Source: Psammoneis japonica
Lineage: Eukaryota
Length of the DNA stretch: 42,132 bases
Assembly: GCA_008632985.1 (NCBI GenBank)
Contig: QPGO01000370.1
Location: forward strand, 1 to 42,132
Direction of reading: 5' to 3'
The notes beneath the pieces are model-generated. The model worked only from the letters and a program-made list of their open reading frames with translations, was not told where the DNA came from and ran no database searches. Positions 35,806 through 42,132 of the stretch are shown here, piece after piece (positions within the stretch are counted from its first letter, which is position 1; the number at the start of each line of letters is the position of its first letter). The translations under genes were made by a program, and so were the position numbers.

Positions 35806-37049
35806 ACAATGACAAAAAGTTCATGACTGCATTGCACTTCTTTGGGCATCACAGATCACAGATCCCACCTGCCGGCAAAATGACTTTCGCCAGCTTGGCA
35901 TGGCGGGAATTGGTGGGGGCACTTTCTCCACCTGCAAAGTGGCCCTTCAGTGGCTGAGCAGGGCTTCACTCATGCACGCAGAGTTGCAGGGTGTGTTTGC
36001 TGTTTGCAAAGCTGGGCAAGGCTGGCAAGATCTGGGTTGGTGGTGCCACCCTGTGCCACCACACTCACATGGAGAAGCATCACAGTGCAAGCTCTCCTGT
36101 GAATGGGGAGAAATTGGGCTCACAAAAGGGAGCCACGGTGCTGGCAAATTCTTTTTCATTGTGTCATCTCTTGTTTTGTGCCAGAGCACCCATCTCTCTT
36201 GGTGTGCACTGGTGTTGCTGGCACAAAACAAGAAATGCTGCTGCTGTGGCACTCCTGCTTTGATGCTCTGCACCAAATGCTGCAATGTCTTTGCAGCTCA
36301 TCACACAGCACAAGCCAAGCTTGTTGACAACAGTCTCCTTTGTCTCACTTCAAACAATCAATGGCAGCTGAACAAAAGGAGACATTCAAGACATGCTGGA
36401 GACAGACAAAGTGATGAGAGGTTGCAGAGTGCAGAAAAGGCAACATGACTTGGCATGGAGGTCAGCTGGGGTTTGGTTTGATCTCACAGCCACACGTTGT
36501 GTTCCCAAGCTCATGAACATGAATGAAAGCTCAACAGGCACACTTGCTGATGCAAAAAGCAGTGGGAAAGGTCGTCCTGCTCTTGAGAGCACAGATTTTG
36601 GGTTGTCATCTGCTGGGCCAGTTACCCAGTGTTGAAATGAGTCTGTGGAGGCATGAGGAAAGAAGGACTTGGGACAGGACAATTGGGAGAGGATGAGTTG
36701 CATGCCATCCAGAACTTTGCAAAGGGTCTTTTCTCAGTGCAGCATTGAGGGAAAGCTGTGGAGCAGATCTGATTTGAAAAAAGCACTTTTTAACAACTTC
36801 CACACCACATCTTTGCTCAGACTGGCACCCACAGCAGAGCAGCTGGAAAGCAAACTGTCAAGCCAGCACTGCAGGGTTGGCACAGCTGTGGCTGGCTGCA
36901 TGTTGTCTGGGATGTTTTTGTGAGTCACAGAGGTGACCATTTGCAGCTTCCATTCCGTGCACGCATGGTGTGCGGTGCGGTGCGTGCATGCGTGGAATCA
37001 TCCAAGAAGGTCTTTCCACTGTCAGTCTTCATTTTTCTTGTTCGACACC

Positions 37050-37800
37050 ACACCTTGCACCTGCCTTGAGATGTTTGTGAGATCGCAGACAATGAGCTGA
37101 TTGTCAAGACACACCCACAGAGCACCGCCCATTGCCCTCTCTCACATTCTAATGTCACCCCCACCACTGTGGATCACATGCCACATTGCAAATCCTTCTT
37201 GGCACAAGAACTGTGGAGCAAGAAACTGCTTGGACTAGAGGATTGGCCACATCAAAATGGGTCACACATCCAGACATCAAAGTGGGAACAATGTGGCTTC
37301 TTTCTTCATGGCACAATGAGGCTCCTCCTCTGGCAATCCACTCAGAATGTGGCAAGGTCAAAACTGCCTTCTTGGCTCAAGAAAATTTGAGCAAGAACTT
37401 CTTTGCCAGAGGATGATTCCTTGTCATCAAGTGGGCATGCATGCAACAGGCTCATTGTGAATGCTTGGATGGAAGGAACACAGGCCTGTCCCAGGTCTCA
37501 GGTCTGATCATGCACTTGCAGGACATTGCCTGGGACATGTGGAGGAGTCAGAAGCAAGTGGATGACTTGGAGAAGTCTGAAACTCTGCTGCAACAACAGC
37601 ATCTTAGATGGGCAGGCAGGGGAAGAATGCAGATCCTTCTGCAACAACCCCATCTCTCACCACCATCTGTCTTGATGGTTTGTCAGGCCAACAGAGAACA
37701 TCTTGGCAGAAGATCAGGACCACAAATGACATTGACTGGAAGCAGTGTCAGTCGCAAGACTGGCTGTTGCTTTGCTTGACACTGATTGAGGATCTACAAG
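37050..37800 (+). mobile_element. Decayed LINE ORF2 C-terminal fragment
   Basis: AFLAQENL...FFARG...KWACMQQAHCECLDGRNTG...LIMHLQDIAWDMWRSQ resembles the Q-x-IGW...W..QQ.YY...W.MW..RN tail of non-LTR ORF2 proteins. Confidence 0.5.
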
Positions 37801-39862
37801 GATTGTCAGTTGTGCAGTGTTTCCACCCCACAACTTCAAATGTGGACTTGGGCTTGTTTTGTTGTGCACATGTGCTCTGACCCTGTCTGCAGTTGTGGAC
37901 TGAAAGGCATGCCAGGCATTGCCAAAAGCTTGTTGCAGGCAGCAGCCAGCAATGGCTGTGCAATTTTTGGGATTGAATTAAATTGAATTGAACTGTGTGA
38001 GGAAATGGCTTCTGGTGTGGCATCACCACCTGTCTGTCTGTTTGGGCCAGCAGGAAGCACTCCAAGTTGAGGTTTCACTTTTTGTGTTTTGCCATTTTTG
38101 AAAACCATTGGCCACCTTTCATTGTCATCATCATTGCACTTGTTTTGTGAATCAGCTGCAGGACTTGTTCAATGGTTCAATGGCTGTTGCCCACAGTGTG
38201 TTTCCACCATGCAGGCAACACCCCAATGGCAGTTGTTGCAGCTTTTCCCCAGGTCCAGTTTGGTTCATTTGAAGGCAGTCTAGCTCATGCTCATGACAGT
38301 GTGGCTGCACCCAATTGGTCTGACCCCAACTTGTCACTGCAAAACAAGTTTCCAGAGTGCATCTTCTCTTGTGTGTGTCTCCTGCAGGGCCAATGACAAA
38401 GCAAGTGCCCATTGCACCCTCCACACAGCCAAGAGTTCATGGCAACAGTGTCCAAATGGCCACCAAGATGGGCTTCAGTGAGACTTGACAAGAGCTTGTG
38501 GACTTGACCCACACAAAGAGAGCAACCTAAATTGGTTGCTCAGAGTCTGAGGTGGCAACAAAATTTTGAGTGCTGGAGGAGTTTCTTTTGCCCCCCAAAA
38601 CCACAACTGTCAGCCCACCCAATGCACTCCTCACATTGTGGATGCATGGCAGTCAGTCTGAAGTTGTGCCCCCAAGACCCCCCTTTTTGTAGCATCTTGG
38701 CTGATGCATCTGCCAAGCACACTGTGGAGGTGCGCCAGACTGTTGACAACATTTGGTCTTTGTTTGTGGCATTGTCTCAGCAGCATTGGTCAGCATCCCT
38801 GGTCATCTGCTCAAGGATCTGCAGACTCCATGAGCAAATGCAAGATGGACCCTGCACCCATGGTGCATGGAGAGTGGATTGCCTCATCAATCATTTGTTG
38901 CTGCTGCACAGTTGGCTGGCACATCTGCTGCCAAGTGCTCCAGGCAGGAGGCACAAGGATGAGACTCTCATTGGCAGCACCCATCATTTTGTGGTTTGTG
39001 GCACTGACTCAGCAGCATTGGCCTGCATCCTGCCCTGCCATCAGCTCAAGGATCTGCAGACATGAGCAAAGGCAAGACAGACCATGTGCACATGCGTGGA
39101 AAGCAGATTGCTGTCAGCCACATTTTTGCAATGATTGCCAAATGACTCTTCATTTGACATCTGTTGTCCATTTGTTTGCCAGCCACAATGGAGTGGAGAG
39201 CTGCAAATGGCAAGTGGAGAGAGTGTTGCCATCTTCCAACAACACAGCCAGTGCAGCCCTGCTGCATGGCCCCAACAACCCAGGTGGAAGCCTTGGCTCT
39301 GAGGAAACTGAGAGAATGGGTGCCAAACAAGCTCAGCTGGAATCCCACAGATGAGAATTTTAAATTCAAAATGGATGACATTTGGACCCACAAGAAAGGA
39401 GCTCAACACATCACTCATCAGGCAAGACAAAAAATTTGACAAACCCATGGAGCCAAATGAACCACTTTTCCCTGGTGTGCTGCCCACCTCCTCATCTTAG
39501 AAGTTTTCAACATTTTGCCAATGGACATGTTTCCCACCACAAAATTTGGCATGTGTGAGCTCTGCCCTGCTGCCACTGAGAGTGCATTCATGCCACAATG
39601 TCATGAGCCAAGGAAGCAGCTCTTTGGCATGTCTTGACTCTTGTGTGCGGAGCTTGTTCAGCATGCCGTGGGGACACAGCACTGTGATCAAATGGAGAAA
39701 GATCTTCAATCTTGTTGCTGGGATGTGTGAAAAGCAGAAATGATGGGACCTTTTTTTTTGCACCCTCCTTCTTAGAAGAACACAAACATGACACAGCTCA
39801 TTGGCTGGCTGGAGAAGTTGACTGTGTTTTTGAAGCCCTGGAGGCCAAAGTCTCTCACAATG

Positions 39863-40138
39863 TGACAGAAATTGAAGGCAAATGGCAAGAATTCAAACAA
39901 TGACTCCTTGCTGCTGTCTAAACAGCAGATGAGTCTCCGCTCAGAGACCGTTGCAGGAGCCGAAAGACGTGTGAGTCGGCACAATCGGGCTGCTGTCATT
40001 GTTCTTGTGAGCCTTGTGGCTCGAAAGCAAACTGCATCGCGCGCGAACGCGCGGAACTAAAGCACACAAAACTGTGTGCGGTGAACTAAACAGCGCGTGA
40101 CATTTCGCGCGCACCCAAATCCTGTTCAAATCCTGTCA
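39863..40138 (-). repeat. 3' LTR (276 bp) of the pol-bearing Copia element
   Basis: TGACAG...CTGTCA, collinear with the other two LTRs. Confidence 0.93.
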
Positions 40139-40189
40139 CTCCCCATTTTGCTTGAGGAGTCACAGAAACAGATTCGACTTCGGATGGAA

Positions 40190-42132
40190 TGAAGTTCCAG
40201 AACATGAGGGGGTGGAGAAGGTCCCAGACTTGGGGAGTGACCCCAATGCTTGCTGAGAACATCAGCAGGGTTGCGGGAGCCTTCGATGAAGTGGAGCTCA
40301 AGGCAACCAGAGGCAATTGCCTCACACACACAGTGGAACGACAGTGCGGTGTGTTGCTTGTGTAACTTGGAGTGCGGGATGGTGGCACTGTCTGCAACCG
40401 ACTTGTTGTCACTGAACATGCAACCAATGTCACGGATCGGGACGCCGAGGTGGCGCAGGGTGATGCGCAGGTCAATGATCTGCTCGACACAAGTCCTTGC
40501 GGGCAACAAATTCAGATCCGCAGGTTGCAGTCTCCACGGTGGCTTGCTTCTTAGAGAACCAATCAGCCGGGAATTCATTGAGGAAGTGGAGCATTCCCAT
40601 GACAGGGCGTCCGGTGAGCATGCAATGGCACAAGTTTGCATCGACGCAGTGGGTGGTGGTGACAAACTTGCCAAGGGGCAGTGGAGCGTCCTTTGGGATC
40701 ATCTCTTCTGCTTCGCCGTGCACAGAATGCATCCATTCATGGGCCGGAGCAGGGAGATCTGAACAGTCAGGCTTTTCTGTGCAAACGCGGAGAGCGCTGT
40801 GTCGCATCTTGGAGAGGCACCCACAGACGCGTTTGGCACGATCCAAGTGGCCTTGGCGGGGCGCAGCTTGGAAGCTAGAGAGTGACATGACGGCCGTGGC
40901 AATGTCAATTCGACCAAGGGACACTGCCCATTGGAGTGAACCAACAAGAGACTGGAACTGTTGAATGCCATCGGGCCCCAGCAGTTCGGAAGTGTCCAGT
41001 TCGGGGTGGTCACCCTTCTCCAGAGGTGACAGGGTGTTGGTGGTGGGTTTCTCCCCAAACAGTCATGTGCAGCTGTCGACCATGCGTTCGATGCACTTGC
41101 GCGGAGACAGGCACGAGGTGCCGTCAGGATCCCGGGAAAAGTCACAGCCCAGATGGAACTCAATCGGTCCCGCACCCTTGAGCTTGAACTTGCACTTTTC
41201 CGTGAGAGTGTCGACGAAAGATTGAGGGTCCTTCATGGCAATGGCGAGGTCATCCACATGGACGGCAACATGTTCGTGGTGGTCGCCGTTCCTGCACATC
41301 CAAATGTTGGGTTCGGCGTGGCAGGGGAAGAAACCTTCAGCTCGCAGGCAGTCAGCAAAGCGCTCATGCCAGCGGAGGCCGGAGCTGCGCAGTCCATGCA
41401 GGGCCTTGTGGATGACAAGAATGCGGCCTTCGAGTTTGCCAAATTCGGGTCCAGCTGCAATGTACAGCTTCTCCTTGGTGGTGGCTTCAAGGTGGGCATT
41501 GCCAATGTCGGTGGCCCATGTCTCCAACTCGTTGAGTTCGGCCAGGAAAATCATCAGCCGAAGGCCACGGAGGGAGACTGCTCCGGAGCAGACACTGTCG
41601 ACGGGCATGTCCGTGAGGTGCCCATCGGCTGCGAGTCGTGCCTTGTGGCAACCGTCGTGTTTCACGTCATGCACTGGGTGCACTCGGATCTTCTTGTGTC
41701 CCGCAGGAGGAGTGGAAGACTCGGAGGGCCCGCGGTCATGAAAGACTTTGCACTCATCGAGTTGGTCCATCTCGAGATTAGTCGCGTCTCCCCATTTGCG
41801 GTTGCCATTGCATTCGTCTAGTGACATGGCGTGTTTGCAGTTCCGGGGAACTTCGTGTCCGTACTTGCAGTGAGGTGCAGTGTGGAAGGAGCGAAGCTTG
41901 GCTTGGTTGGCCATGCGGAGTGGCTTCTTCTGGCGCCTCGCGATGGTGCGGAACCGCTTCCAGCCATCAGTGTCGAGAAGTCCGTTCTCTCGTGCATAGA
42001 TGGCGCAGGTGACAGGGTCGTCCTTGGCGATGATGGCAAGAGGCTCGGACGTGATCTCCCCACTTTCCCATTCAAGCATGATGTTGTAGCTTGAGCCTTT
42101 CCAGGTTGGGTCATGAGGCTTCAGAGGTCCTT
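40190..42132 (-). pseudogene. Copia pol pseudogene (reverse transcriptase RVT_2 + RNase H), frameshifted and hypermutated
   Basis: HKARLAADGH, DIGNAHLEA (canonical DIGNAYL), KALHGLRSSG (KALYGL), AVHVDDL (YVDD), CVDAN (YVDA), ETATCGSEFVA (TYGSEF), DNKSV, NPADVLSK. Frame breaks near 41060-40930 and 40490. Confidence 0.95.

Larger units (their letters stand above)
26826..42132. mobile_element. Nested degenerate transposon tract 3 (TpA- and CpG-depleted), extending beyond the window
   Basis: Composition switch ~120 bp after the oxygenase stop. Contains the LTR and LINE elements below and a ~72-bp direct repeat (27022-27093 / 32474-32545). Confidence 0.85.
39863..42132 (-). mobile_element. Ty1/Copia (CoDi-like) LTR retrotransposon, 3' part; same LTR family as 27756-31305
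   Basis: 3' LTR at 39863-40138, PPT-like TGGGGAG at 40139-40145, and RT/RNase H coding region. Continues beyond the window. The predicted TSD is CAATG (39858-39862). Confidence 0.95.

Noticed and set aside
41153..41821. 222-aa plus-strand ORF and similar long ORFs in TE tracts (e.g. 28435-29391, 17183-17983)
   Set aside because: Antisense or off-frame shadows of TE sequence, lengthened by stop-codon depletion.

Overview
Eukaryotic DNA, very probably a diatom: it has a GT-AG intron, a silaffin-like gene, a bipartite plastid presequence and diatom-type Copia retroelements. Five host genes sit in islands of ordinary composition: a multidomain secreted subtilase, a plastid-targeted 37-aa-repeat/RAP RNA-binding protein, a sulfotransferase-fold type II membrane protein, a small (SKS)8-E37 silaffin-like protein, and a secretory 2OG-Fe(II) oxygenase head-to-head with it. 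Three large nested transposon tracts (~3.55-11.4 kb, ~15.9-21.4 kb, ~26.8 kb-end) separate them. These hold tyrosine-recombinase (DIRS/Ngaro-like) remnants, LINE remnants, two MITEs with 4-bp TSDs, a complete non-autonomous Copia derivative and part of a pol-bearing relative. The strongest unexplained signal is that the transposon tracts, and not the genes, have lost nearly all CpG and also nearly all TpA, both converted to TpG/CpA. Comparing three LTR copies indicates that this happened after insertion and on both strands, like a RIP-type genome defence but with an A>G component. The second candidate system is a possible biosilica-protein maturation locus (silaffin-like substrate, hydroxylase, sulfotransferase-like protein). 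Three host genes carry single-base deletions that are probably assembly errors. All family assignments come from motif recognition by eye; no searches were run.
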